Below are positions 44,942-56,049 of a stretch of 63,146 bases of DNA, one piece after another. Source of the stretch: Tubiluchus corallicola (lineage: Eukaryota > Animalia > Priapulida); contig JAQGDQ010001097.1 of the NCBI GenBank assembly GCA_030141605.1, forward strand, positions 1-63,146. Direction: 5' to 3'. The notes below the pieces were generated by a model. It saw nothing but the letters and a program-made list of their open reading frames with translations. It was not told where the DNA came from and did no database searches. Within the stretch, counting starts at the first letter, position 1, and every line of letters starts with the position of its first letter. The position numbers and the translations under genes are program-made.

Positions 44942-45856
44942 GTAACATGTTATTTGTCATGATATTGTTTTCGGGTCTGAATTATTTTCGCTTTATTGCA
45001 AGTTTGTTTCTCGAACATTTTAGCTAACATAACAATCATTAAAAATGTCACACTTGTGAAAACTTCCACCTAAGACAATACCTAAACCGTAGATAGAGAT
45101 GACAGGCTTATCATACTGCTATCGGCTTATATATGAACGTGGTTACGTGTGACGTATAGCTTCCAGTTATACTGGTCAATCAAATGTGGTAGTCTGGCAG
45201 CCAAAAGCCACTAATAACGAACAAATGAAATATGTAATCTGACAAAGCTAAAACGAGCAATTGGACTGCATGAAACCAGTAACTTAGTTGTAGGAGTAAT
45301 AATATAATCTGAATAAAGAAACTATTACCTAGTAATATGAAAAAGCGATGAAATGGTTAGTGGGTTAAGAAAGGACTAACACATGAACCATTGAAGAAGA
45401 AAACGACAACGTAATTTAGATTATTTTGGTGTGATTCTCTAACAAAATTTTCCACGGAACACGTAAGAACTCGGTCTTGTTTCATTTGTTTTAATGTTAA
45501 ATATTAAATATATTGAATAAAAAATATTACATTTAGTTTACTTAATGTTTTCATTCGCATGGTCATGGCAGTTTTGATTTGTTATAGTACGTACTCCTCT
45601 AGTGTAACATTTTTGGTCCAATGTCTCAAATTGCTCAAAGGTGGCACGCGGCCACCCTTAGAGGACCATCTGAACAAGAGTAAACCACTAAGGCTTACAC
45701 GGAAAATACAAAGTTCATCTCACCGCCCGTGTGAATAAACTAAGTATTTCGACAATTAACTCAAAGGAGTGCCTGCAGACCATGACGCAACAATTATGAA
45801 TAGTGACTCATCGAAGAGGCGAACGTGCATGGAAGGAAAATGCATCTGAATACCAC

Positions 45857-45903
<47 letters not shown>

Positions 45904-45939
45904 TATATATGTATACACACAAAACCATACATAAACTAC

Positions 45940-46450
45940 TTCAGGCTTTCTTTTTATAAACCCATTATCTGCTAACGTAAGACATTACTCAACAAGATCT
46001 GATGAATTTCTTATTAAATACTGCAGGACTAACGCGGCAAGGCACTTCATCACTAACACTGGCCCTAGACTTTGGAATAGCATCAACGAATACATAAAAA
46101 AATTCTTTTTCTATAAATAACTATCTATAAAGGAAATTTTAAAAGTGAAAATGTTTTTTAATTATATAGAATAAATCAATTTGACTAAGTACGATACTGT
46201 CCCTGTCGGCATCCATCACGTTGCTGGCTATGTTGATTTTTACATTTCTATAGTCCGCGTTACTTCATACAGTTAGCATCACATCTTTCTATTTCTATTT
46301 TTCCTCTGTTAACTTTTCTTTTCTACTCCTTTATTGCCCTTTTCTACTTCACTCAATCCACATTCATTTGGGGTGCTCTGAACAAGTAATTACTTCTCGT
46401 ACCCACGGGTCATTTGCAGCTTGGCATGTTGTGTACATAATAATAAATAC
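45940..46450 (+). mobile_element. Crack/L2-clade LINE 3' fragment (intronic)
   Basis: Reads RHYSTRS..KYCRTNAARHFITNTGPRLWNSINEYIKK, matching the H.Y.TR...RTN...GP.LWN motif, followed by a T-rich UTR and AATAAA. Confidence 0.7.
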
Positions 46451-46511
46451 GTTATTAAATTCTTTAAGTCCTATGCTGTAATGATCGTTGTGGATATATT
46501 TAATAAATAAA

Positions 46512-46800
46512 AAAATCCTCAACTCGAAACACTTGTAATACCAGCAGATTCTGTGGAGGAACAGCTAATGTCATTTACTCACTTTCGTCTGCAGTGACAT
46601 TGTCTCTGTAAAGAAATAGGACGATGGAACGGCGAAGAGCGTCACACTAGATTTTGTACATGTGGCCAAGACATTCAGACTGGACTACATGTATGGCAAA
46701 GCTGTCCGTCAACTCTGCGCATCAGAGACAGCTATACTTACATTAACTTTTATGATGTAAATTCATTTTTGAAAACTAACGAGTCTCTTAAAATTTGTGG
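46512..46800 (+). mobile_element. LINE C-terminal Cys/His fragment (intronic)
   Basis: Reads NPQLE..FTHFRLQ*HCLCKEIGRW..RFCTCGQDIQTGLHVWQSCPST, matching the FRLSSH.L.IE.GRW..R.C.CG..QTE.HV...CP LINE motif, with an in-frame stop. Confidence 0.7.
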
Positions 46801-46957
46801 CAAAATATTAACTGAATATGATTAAGATTAATGCTACAATCCCTTTACTGTTTTAATTAAGAAAGATGAATTACGTGTAGTATTATGTCATGGACAAAAA
46901 GAAAATTAAAGTCTTTACCCCATTTGTTGTAAATGAAAGTATATTTTTGTCAATAAA

Positions 46958-47207
46958 CTACATACATAAATACATACATACATACATACATACATGCATA
47001 CATGCATACATGCATACATGCATACATGCATACATGCATACATGCATACATGCATACATACATACATACATACATACATACATACATACATACATACATA
47101 CATACATACATACATACATACATACATACATACATACATACATACATACATACATACATACATACATACATACATACATACATACATACATACATACATT
47201 CATGCAT
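46958..47207. repeat. (TACA)n / (TACATGCA)n microsatellite
   Basis: Direct reading. Confidence 0.97.
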
Positions 47208-47376
47208 AGCTAAATGGTCGACTGACCAAATGATTCATCGATGTTTACTAATGATGACAAAGCAGACATATGAGAATAAATTAGATTTTAATTGGCGTAA
47301 TTTTTCGTAATAGAAATAATTTTTCAACGCTTAAATCGTTTCCTTCACGCTTAAATGTTACTTTAAATGTTTTCAG

Positions 47377-48058
47377 GAGGATAATCATCAGCTTCCCCAA
47401 CCAGACGATGTTGACGACATCCATCTTCGCCGACTACGACGCCTCCACAGGAAACATCACAAACATCAACACCATTACGGTCACAGTCACAAGCACAACC
47501 TCCGTGGCGACATCGACTCAAACTCCCAAGCGTGGAAACCTTCGGATGAGGGGCCGAAGCGTGGAGATCTCATAAACCATCACCCAGGTTTGCAGAAGCT
47601 GCTTGAGGAATATCGCCGTTACTTTTTGCAGATGCACAACAAGGGTCTTCTGGGAATCACCTTCTCAGACTTCTTACGACTTCAGCACGGAGAAGAAGAG
47701 AATCACAAAGATACAACGCATTCAGACACAGACCATCAGGACGATGGTAAGGACATCAGTACTGAGTTCACATGGCCAGACGAAAAAGAACCATACCATC
47801 GTCAACATCATCGATCGAGGAAACACAGAGGAAGAATTCATAACCATCATCGCCGTCGTCAGAATGGAGCCTCCGAATCTAGTGACATATCGTCAGAGAC
47901 AGTACACAACATTCCTAACCACAGCCCTCACCAGCGCAAGTGGATAAGAGCCAAGAAACAGATCAACAGGCTAATCATGAAGCTGCAAGATTCGCCCCTA
48001 ATGACATCCAGGTCCAAATTGGATAACTTGTCAAGGAAGCTTCAGAAAATGGCTTCTG
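47377..48058 (+). CDS. Large His-rich exon of the orphan gene (phase 0/1)
   Basis: gttttcAG|GAG acceptor, 682 nt stop-free in the frame of ORF 47590-48141, G|GTAAGT donor. GC content is raised over the flanks. 28 His in 227 codons by hand count. Confidence 0.85.
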
Positions 48059-48213
48059 GTAAGTGGGAATTACACATGTTGCAGCCATACAATACGCCAT
48101 ATTATGATTCTTTTACTGACATTACTGATAACGGTTACTAGGGTAGAGAAAACGTGCCAGTGTTGACAACCATGATATAAATGGCAGTAATGATGACAAC
48201 AACGATGACAGAT

Positions 48214-48244
<31 letters not shown>

Positions 48245-50603
48245 CGACGACGATTACGATCATGATGACGATGATGATGCTACTGATGATGATGATGACA
48301 GTAGTAGTGGCAGCAGTGATGACAGTGACAATGAAGATGAACATTAAATAACTAAGCTATTGACTGAACAATCATGTGAGAGCTGTTTTTTTGCTGCAGC
48401 CACTGCCGCTGCTGTTACTGCTGCTGCTGCTGGTGCTGCCAGTGCTATCGCTGCTACTCACTCTTCTGATATTTTGGCTAACGTAATGAATTGCCAACTT
48501 TCATTTTGTCCATTTTGTCCAGCCCCAATGCAACCAAATTTCATTTACAATTATAGTGCGTCTCTATTTATTAGTGTAAATTAGGGGAATTGGATTTCTT
48601 TTCCATTAAAAATACATTTTCCATAATTTATATTACGTGCCTGTGTTGGCTGCTTTAAACTCACTAACCAAAGTTATTTAGTAGTAGGTCTACTTAGTTC
48701 ACGGTAATATTTAAGTCTCTAGTTTGAGAAAACTAAAACTTGGACATGTAGGATTGATTGGTGAGGTGTTAAAATTTAATTATGATTTATAATCCAAAAA
48801 TCCAAAATCTGCAGTTCAATTCCAGGTTCAGTCAAATTTTTCCATCTATCTTGATTTCGGTCAAGTTAAATTACTGAAAGCGTTTTTTTCGCCACTAATT
48901 TGATGCTTTGGATTTATAATCTAGCTATGCTTTGGATTTATAATCCAAAAACCTAAAAGTCTACAGTTCGAATCCAGGTCTAGTCAAATTTTATCCCTCT
49001 TTCTTGGAAACGGACAAGTTTAATTACAAAATTTTTCTTACATTGAGCGTCCCAAACGGAGCTAGTTACCATTCAAAAGTACCGTAGAAATGTTAAAATA
49101 TGAATACAAGTGTTAAAAAAGTTTAATTATTATAAAATGGCTATTCTAGTCTATTAACTTTCTAGACTCAATGTGATAAAACAAGAACACTCAAAACAAC
49201 TATTTTGGCTTAATCATACTGTTGCGAAGGCAGATTTTGACCAATCCCCTAATGTTCGTAATGGCTATGGTTGAGAAGCCCAGTAATGCAAATGTACCTG
49301 TATAAAACAGAATGCACGCCGTAATTTGACGATTCCAAACCTGGCCTTTCTGTCTGTAAAGGTGAATGCTGTAGGCTTGATAATTTTTATACAAAAGTAT
49401 GTTCACATGTCATTCTTTTGGAGATACTAGTTATGCAATAAAGTTTATTTCACACTCGTTTTCCGGATCTTTTAACTTTTCTCGTCTGCTGTAAACTTTC
49501 TTGTATGCCGCTCTGAACATCCTAGACGCGTCTGCGTTCGACCCCGGATACGTTATAATGCTTTTGTGTAGATATCAGTTTTGTTTCTATGAAACTTTCT
49601 GACTAAGCCATCTTCTAGGGCAGACAAAGTGCAACTGCAGCCAAGCCACTGATTTTTTTGGAGGATAATTATTTGTTTTATTTATTGATACCGCACCAAA
49701 TATAGCAAACATTGTCTGCAATTTTACTTTAGTGAAGGAAAATGCGTCTAAATGGCATGCTTAATGTTATCTTGTGTATTTTGAGCTTCTTAGTTTGAGA
49801 TGAGATGTGTAAATATATGGACGAATATGTAAAAGTTAAATAAAAAATAAGAGAACCTGCTTTTTCTGTTTACATAGTCGTAGAAATGAGATATTAAACG
49901 TAGATTTTAAATATTAAAAACGTGAGATCTTTAATGAGACTTTTTCGGGGGGTGGGGGATTAAACATAGATTTTAAATATTAAAAACATGAGATTTTTAA
50001 TGAGACTTTTTCGGGATGGGGAGTGGACAGCTTCTACTTAATCACCACTAGGGGTGGACGACATTAAAAAAAGTTGCAGGCCACTGTTCTAGGCTGACAA
50101 ACATTATCATTATAGAGTCATTAATCAACTGAGCTGCTTCTATGACATTATTCTGTTCCAAATTTATTTCCATTCTTATGATTGGAAGTGTGTACATCAG
50201 GAACTACAAAAACATGCGGCGCATGTTAGGTTAAAATATTGTTAGAAACCAGCCCCCTGCAAAGTTGAAATTTCACAGCCTGATATTACACAGTACAGTA
50301 ACTTGGGTTTGTAAAAGTTGCAAGATTATAGTTTTAGTAATGGTTAAGTTATTGATAAAAGATTTCATGTTAAAAAGTTAAAATAAGACATTTAATACGT
50401 GGCACCAAAACAATAAAGAAATAAACGAGTTACGTCACGTCTTCACCACAGAAGATAAAGTACGGTAGCTTCTTAGGGACATCGTAAAAACAAAAAAATA
50501 AATTAACTCGAAATTTCGACTTAATGTTCTTCAAAATTTCGAGATACTTAACATGTACGTTAATGTAAGCTGTTATAGCAGTAACTATCACATTCTCTTT
50601 CAG

Positions 50604-50728
50604 CCGGGAACGATCCCAAAGGAATGTATAAGAAGCTCAACTCGTATCTGAACAGGATCAAGACGGAAAGCAACGCCGACGAACATTACAGAAACGTCCT
50701 GAGCCTCCTGGAGGAGTATGGAGAGTGA
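50604..50728 (+). CDS. Terminal exon of the orphan gene
   Basis: ttctctttcAG| acceptor. The phase-1 join gives (A)GNDPKGMYKKLNSYLNRIKTESNADEHYRNVLSLLEEYGE* with GC3-rich codons. Confidence 0.8.
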
Positions 50729-51224
50729 ATGCTTGCCTGGTTCTTTTGACTTTGCTCTGCCGTGAAGAGCGATAAATATTCTTGATTATAAGCGACACAT
50801 AATGAAGTTCACATCTGCGACCACGACCCCCGGGGAATTCATAACTGGACCTCTATAATGATAATAATATCCGTGTGTTATAATTAAGAATATTACACGA
50901 TTGGCTTGCTCTTACTGTCGGTAGTTTAAGAGAGTGATGGGAGGGGGCATTATGTTGCAATAATATTCAACTGTGTGGCATTTGTGATTGAAATAGGCAC
51001 TAGAAATTTCTTGTAATGCACTATGGCAAATTTTCCAGGTCGTTATTTTCAAGCCTAAATTATTAAGCTTCTGAACGTAGTGAATTACATTATATGAAAC
51101 AATGTGTTACTTCTTAATGTTCGTTAACGTTTCAGCTTTTTATTCATGAACACTTTTTTCAAACCTGTTATTGACAACAAAATTTGTGATGAAATTCGGT
51201 TTTTCTCTCTGATGGTAAACTCGC

Positions 51225-51431
51225 AAGTGTGAACAGCTTTGCGAGTTACTGTCGGCAAGTTATTGCAAATTCTCCGACAGTTGCTGCGAGTTACCGTCTG
51301 GTGTGAACGCCTCGGCGAGTTACTCTCGACACTACTCTCAGTAACTAGAGAAGTGATTGTCAGGTTCTCAGCTCTCGATTACTGTGGGAGAGTAACTTGT
51401 AGCTAGTTTTGCTCACTAGTCTAAACACGGC
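51225..51431. mobile_element. MITE-like fragment, uninterrupted paralog of 12807-12847 plus 14113-14300
   Basis: Shared GCGAGTTAC/GTGTGAAC repeats. Ends CTAGTCTAAACACGGCC. Confidence 0.55.
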
Positions 51432-52309
51432 CAGGCCTGGATTGCCCTACTGGCTAGTCTAGGCGCCAACCTAGGGCCCCTCAAGCATGAGGGCCCATTC
51501 TTTGCGTTGCTGACTTTAAAAAAGAGGCCAGGAAGTTTGAAAATCCAATTCTAAACTGGCTCCTCATTTGAGATAAATTATCTCTTTTTGAGCCCTTTCT
51601 TTGAGATAAGGGCTCCGCTCTGAAGCCCTTTATTTGAAATATTGGGATCGCAGTTACGCAAATGTTGCTGAAATATATCACAAATAAAAATATTCGAGAC
51701 GAGTACAAGCAAATTAGAGAAGACAAAGGGACAGCAAAGCAAACACGAGCAACAACTCCTAAATAGCTTTATTCACTTCGTCAAAATTGGACCTTGAGTT
51801 TATTAGGGCTTCTTCTGCCTGGTCAATAGATCTCGACACACGCCCTACAATGGTGCACGCCAAACTACTGTATTGTACAGTTGGTTGGCATCCTTCTGTT
51901 TCGGAAGACAATGGAGTGTGCACCAAGAGAGTCAGTTATTGATCACATTGATGGAGCTGCAGCGTCGACTGTGGCTGAGCAGAGCGATCCTTGAACGTCT
52001 CCAGGGCGCATGCCTAGGCAAGGTGTATGGAGATCTTGAGTTACCCAGACAACAGGAACCCCCTCTCTTCCTCCCTATTGTAGTCCAAAGGAAAGCGGGG
52101 CGATACATTTGGCACTAGGTTGGCTGCACGAGCTGCCAGAATCAGTGAGCATGCTGCACTGGTCCGCCTTCGGGGCTCCTCACTGCTGATTTGGAAGGTT
52201 TACTCCTCTACACATGGCCGTTGGGTCACTTGACCTCCTCCGCCCTCTAGCTATTGGCTGCTTGTGCAGCTCCTCCGCCTAGTGTCGAGATACAGTGTGG
52301 GCATCCCAC

Positions 52310-52438
52310 AAGCCTACACCACCTGGTATTGCTAGGCAGTCACCCATCGAAGTACCAACCAGGTTCTACTTCGTTGCTTAACTTCGGTGATCAGACAGGA
52401 ATCGGTGTTTTCAACGTGATTTGTACAGGGTCGTAGTG
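52310..52438 (-). pseudogene. Near full-length diverged 5S rRNA copy (pseudogene or SINE3 head)
   Basis: The minus strand reads CTACGACC..CACGTTGAAAACACCGATTCCTGTCTGATCACCGAAGTTAAGCAACG..GGTTGGTACTTCGATGGGTGACTGCCTAGCAATACCAGGTGGTGTAGGCTT. It has small insertions and substitutions, and no oligo-T terminator. Confidence 0.88.
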
Positions 52439-52850
52439 ATTGTACAGTATTAAATCTTTATTTGCCAAGTTAGAAATAGATGAAGACAATAAGCTAGTCC
52501 CGTGCAGCAATCGCTAAACTTGTCATTAAACTATCAGAGACTAGGGCATGCATAATCACAGAATTACGTTAAAACTTGCCTTCTAGCATCGTGGACTCAT
52601 TATAACAGAATCCTCCTAGTAACCCTACACTAAGCTTTCTCAGATTTTGTACCCTCAAGGGCAACAATTACCTAAAACATAATAATAATCAGCTTCATCA
52701 CTCTTGCCCATTTGAAGGAAACTGCGCAGATTAGAACATCAGCTTCATGGAAAGAGGATTAACCAAGCTAATCAAAAGAATCTTACTGACTGACGTAACA
52801 CATTGAATACACTCACTTTTTGAACGTACATCTTTAAAAATGTCAAGCAG

Positions 52851-54248
52851 TCATTGCCTGTAAGCTATCTTTCCTTTTTTCGCAGAAGCTACTTTTGTTG
52901 AGAGTGCTTTTCCAATGCGCCTCCGTGCCGGTTTTTTGGCAGGACCAGCGGCGGAGTTATTAGAATCCGCTTTTGATCGTTCGTGATCCAGCAGGCTGAT
53001 CCAGGCCAGGTACAGATCGTCTGGCGTCGTCGGATGAAAGACCACGTACTGGTGGAGGTCCTTTACTATTCGCTGGAAGTGCTTTTGGCTGATGTAGGGC
53101 TTGATGAAGAAACCAGAGTGGTTCGCTCTTGCCACGCCGAGCTTTTCCGCTAAAATGCCATTGATGTAAATGTCCTCGAAGCGAAATAATGGCGTCCGAG
53201 TGGATTCTTCATACAACAATGGAGGCAGGTCCATGCTAATAAGATAAGCCCCACCAATTACGTAATCCGGGTAAATGTCTGCCTGAAATTCCTTCCTTGA
53301 GACGTACCATTTCTTGTATTCTGTGTTATTAGTCCGGATGGGTTCACGTTTTGTCTTCAAGACTCCAGTTATCAGTCGTTCCTGAGGCGCCTCCAAACTG
53401 AGGTACTTCGACAAGCGGCGTACGTTGACGAACACGTCTGCATCCACTTTCAATAGGTGGCGTGCCTGGTGACAGAATGTGCTGGCTATGTGGAGCGCCA
53501 TGATGGATTTCATGGTGAGGTTGGCGTAACTGTCTGTAAAGTTTCCCCAAAAGATGTCGCCGAAAGTCTCCATCTCTGCCATCAGACCTTTCTGTTGCAT
53601 ATCACTCATAGGAGCAGAAGGATTTCCAACTAGGAAACCCAAACTGATGTCATCACACAACCTTCCCGAGTTTGATTCTCCCCATGTAGTTCGAATCGCC
53701 TGTCTAGCGTCCCTGTCATGCACCGTACAGATCACCAAAACAAGAACTATTGTTCGCTGGCAACAGCGGAAACCTTCGGGCACCGTGTACGAGTATACCG
53801 TATCTTGAACATGAAACTCATGCTTTCGTCTAGAGATTCTAAAATCATTTTTCTGTCTTCCCTCTTTTGGCGCGTAGAGCTTGTTGAGTTCAACTTTATT
53901 ATTTTGCAACAGATTACCTGAGGGAGATTCGATCTCTGAACTCTCCAGCAGTCTTACATTTACAAAACCACTTTTAGACTTTCTTGAAAATACCATTTCA
54001 TGTTTGTGAATTCCTACGTTGATTTCTACACGCATCTTTTCAAGCACGGCGTTATACAACAGTAAAGAATCATCATATTTGTCAAGACTTTCGTCTCTGT
54101 CGACAGCAAGTATATCTTCGTTACTTTCCAGAAAATTTGTTGCTTTGTGGTCAGTCCGTATAGATGGCGCCAGCGTTTCAAGCACAATAACCACAGCGGC
54201 GCATACCAGAATGGCCCTCGAGAGCTTTGCAAAGAACTTTAATCTCAT
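52851..54248 (-). CDS. GT31 family beta-1,3-galactosyltransferase-like type II membrane protein (465 aa)
   Basis: N-terminal TM (AILVCAAVVIVL) and motifs RQAIRTTWG, FLVG, E..FGDI..FTDSYANLTMKS, KVDADVFVN (DxD), KWYVS, YPDY..GGAYLIS, FEDIYINGILA. The CDS is intronless. Confidence 0.95.
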   Translation of the reverse strand: MRLKFFAKLSRAILVCAAVVIVLETLAPSIRTDHKATNFLESNEDILAVDRDESLDKYDDSLLLYNAVLEKMRVEINVGIHKHEMVFSRKSKSGFVNVRLLESSEIESPSGNLLQNNKVELNKLYAPKEGRQKNDFRISRRKHEFHVQDTVYSYTVPEGFRCCQRTIVLVLVICTVHDRDARQAIRTTWGESNSGRLCDDISLGFLVGNPSAPMSDMQQKGLMAEMETFGDIFWGNFTDSYANLTMKSIMALHIASTFCHQARHLLKVDADVFVNVRRLSKYLSLEAPQERLITGVLKTKREPIRTNNTEYKKWYVSRKEFQADIYPDYVIGGAYLISMDLPPLLYEESTRTPLFRFEDIYINGILAEKLGVARANHSGFFIKPYISQKHFQRIVKDLHQYVVFHPTTPDDLYLAWISLLDHERSKADSNNSAAGPAKKPARRRIGKALSTKVASAKKGKIAYRQ

Positions 54249-54265
54249 TTTTGTTGGACTTTCCC

Positions 54266-54558
54266 CTAAAAAAAAATTAACAAAGCGAAATTAGATTTAA
54301 AACTGCTATGTAAAAGATTACGATAACGATATATAATACCCAAAGAACCACAGTTAATTTATTTGTGATTCGTGCATTCTGTAATTTGTGCAAACAATCA
54401 TATTGATCACTTTACAATCTTATTATGTAAGTGCTTTTAAATCATGATATATTCTGTCTCATTGCAGCTACAAAAACGAATAATAATAAATCACTTGACG
54501 TAGGTTCAATAACTATTTTTTTCCTTTTTTTGTTTTTTTTTGTGTGTGCGTTACTTAC
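54266..54558 (-). other. Probable 5' UTR intron of the first GT31 gene
   Basis: Minus-strand GTAAGT donor at 54558 and a long poly-T AG acceptor at 54266, 17 nt upstream of the ATG. Confidence 0.55.
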
Positions 54559-55173
54559 GCTGTAATGTAGATCTCTTCTATTGCGATCTGTATACATAAA
54601 TTCCAGTTAGCTTGGCTGTCAAGTCAAGTCTTTGATGTATTATTTCACTAAAACGGTAGCCACAAACACCAAGGTTAACGATAACTGCTACAGTCATTTT
54701 CTCAGAGCCTCTCACAGACCAACCGTATTTACAAACACGGATTGTAAACGAATAATAGTAGTAAGCGACTTCTCCCTCCTATTTCTCAAACAGCAATAAA
54801 TTATTTACTTGCAGATAGCAAATTTATTATTATTTGCTGTTGTGCAGTTTCTGTTAGAGTCGGAACGAGCTGAAGTTACCAAACAGACAGACCTGTTGTT
54901 GCTTTTGATTTCATATTTTATCACTTACTAATTCCCTCAAGTTCTCTGGTCTCCTGATAAACATTTTCGTTTGTAAACCCTCCACTGAATCTTGTCCAAT
55001 TAATGATTTTGTCCACTGGTTTCTCGGCCCATTGGGCACTTAATCACTTAAGCACGTTAAAATGTCTTAATTTGTAAAATCTAATAATTACGCGTAAGTA
55101 ATTTTTCTCTTTGTATGTTAACCGCCTTCCAAATTATAAATAGCGTAAATGTTTTTATTATTATTGCTATTGC

Positions 55174-55276
<103 letters not shown>

Positions 55277-55623
55277 GCTGTCAAGTGCCGAGCGTAAAAA
55301 AGATGACCAAAGAATGGCTAAATTTAAAAGAAGCTAAGCAAGAATGAAACAAAATTTATAACTGAATTTTTACCTGTGCATAAAATACACATACTCGATG
55401 ATATTCTGTTAAATTTTTATGCCTTTTTGACTTGTAATTTTTGTCCGTATTAAAGAATTTGTTGGAAATGTTTTTTGCACCATCCTGTAATTAAAAAAGT
55501 CATTTGCGCTTCTAAATTCTCATTTCCGGAAGTATTTGATAAAAACTTCCTGTTTTATTTTTCAAAACAATTTTTTCTCGTTTTCCTCTGTTTTTGCTTT
55601 TCCCGTTACAGCAGTTGAAGTTC

Positions 55624-56049
55624 TAGTGGCGACTCGTGTATAGGTCATATTATTGAAATATAAGTAATTTTCTTTAGTTCTTTCTTTATACTTGTACGGT
55701 CTAGAGCACGTGAGGGTTGTGCTGTGTGCTGTTGGCGATCCCAGGTAGAGAAAATACTGTTGCTCACACAGATTGTTGTCACGTTCACGTGTTTGTTCAC
55801 ACGCGCTTACCATGAATGAATCAAGCTTCAACTGCGACAATTTAAGCTGTTAAAAAGCAAAATATATTTTTTGTTTAGGATTTTATTAAGTTTATGTACA
55901 AACTTTCATATGTTTGTTTGTTTAAAATTACAAATACAACATTAAAATTAAATATATTTCGTTTTACACACAGTACTAAAACAATGGCTAAAAATTTTCT
56001 GTAGCAGCGCCCCCCCCCTCAAAAAAATTTAGTTTACGAGTCGCCTCTG
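55624..56049 (-). mobile_element. hAT-type MITE, paralog of 19097-19588
   Basis: TAGTGGCGACTCGT / ACGAGTCGCCTCTG TIRs and internal reverse-complement homology. Confidence 0.75.

Noticed and set aside
47408-47947. Thr-rich mucin-like overlapping frame in the His-rich exon
   Set aside because: It is a by-product of CAC/CAT/GAC codons read in a shifted frame, is interrupted by stops and is not phase-compatible with the flanking exons.
47590-48141. Stand-alone 183-aa ORF as listed in the track
   Set aside because: It starts at TTG, the frame is open back to an acceptor at 47377, and a GTAAGT donor sits at 48059. It is an internal exon, and the last ~27 codons are intronic unless the intron is retained.
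52310-52438. Functional 5S rRNA gene
   Set aside because: It has insertions near the 5' end and mid-molecule, C-box substitutions, no terminator and no tandem array.
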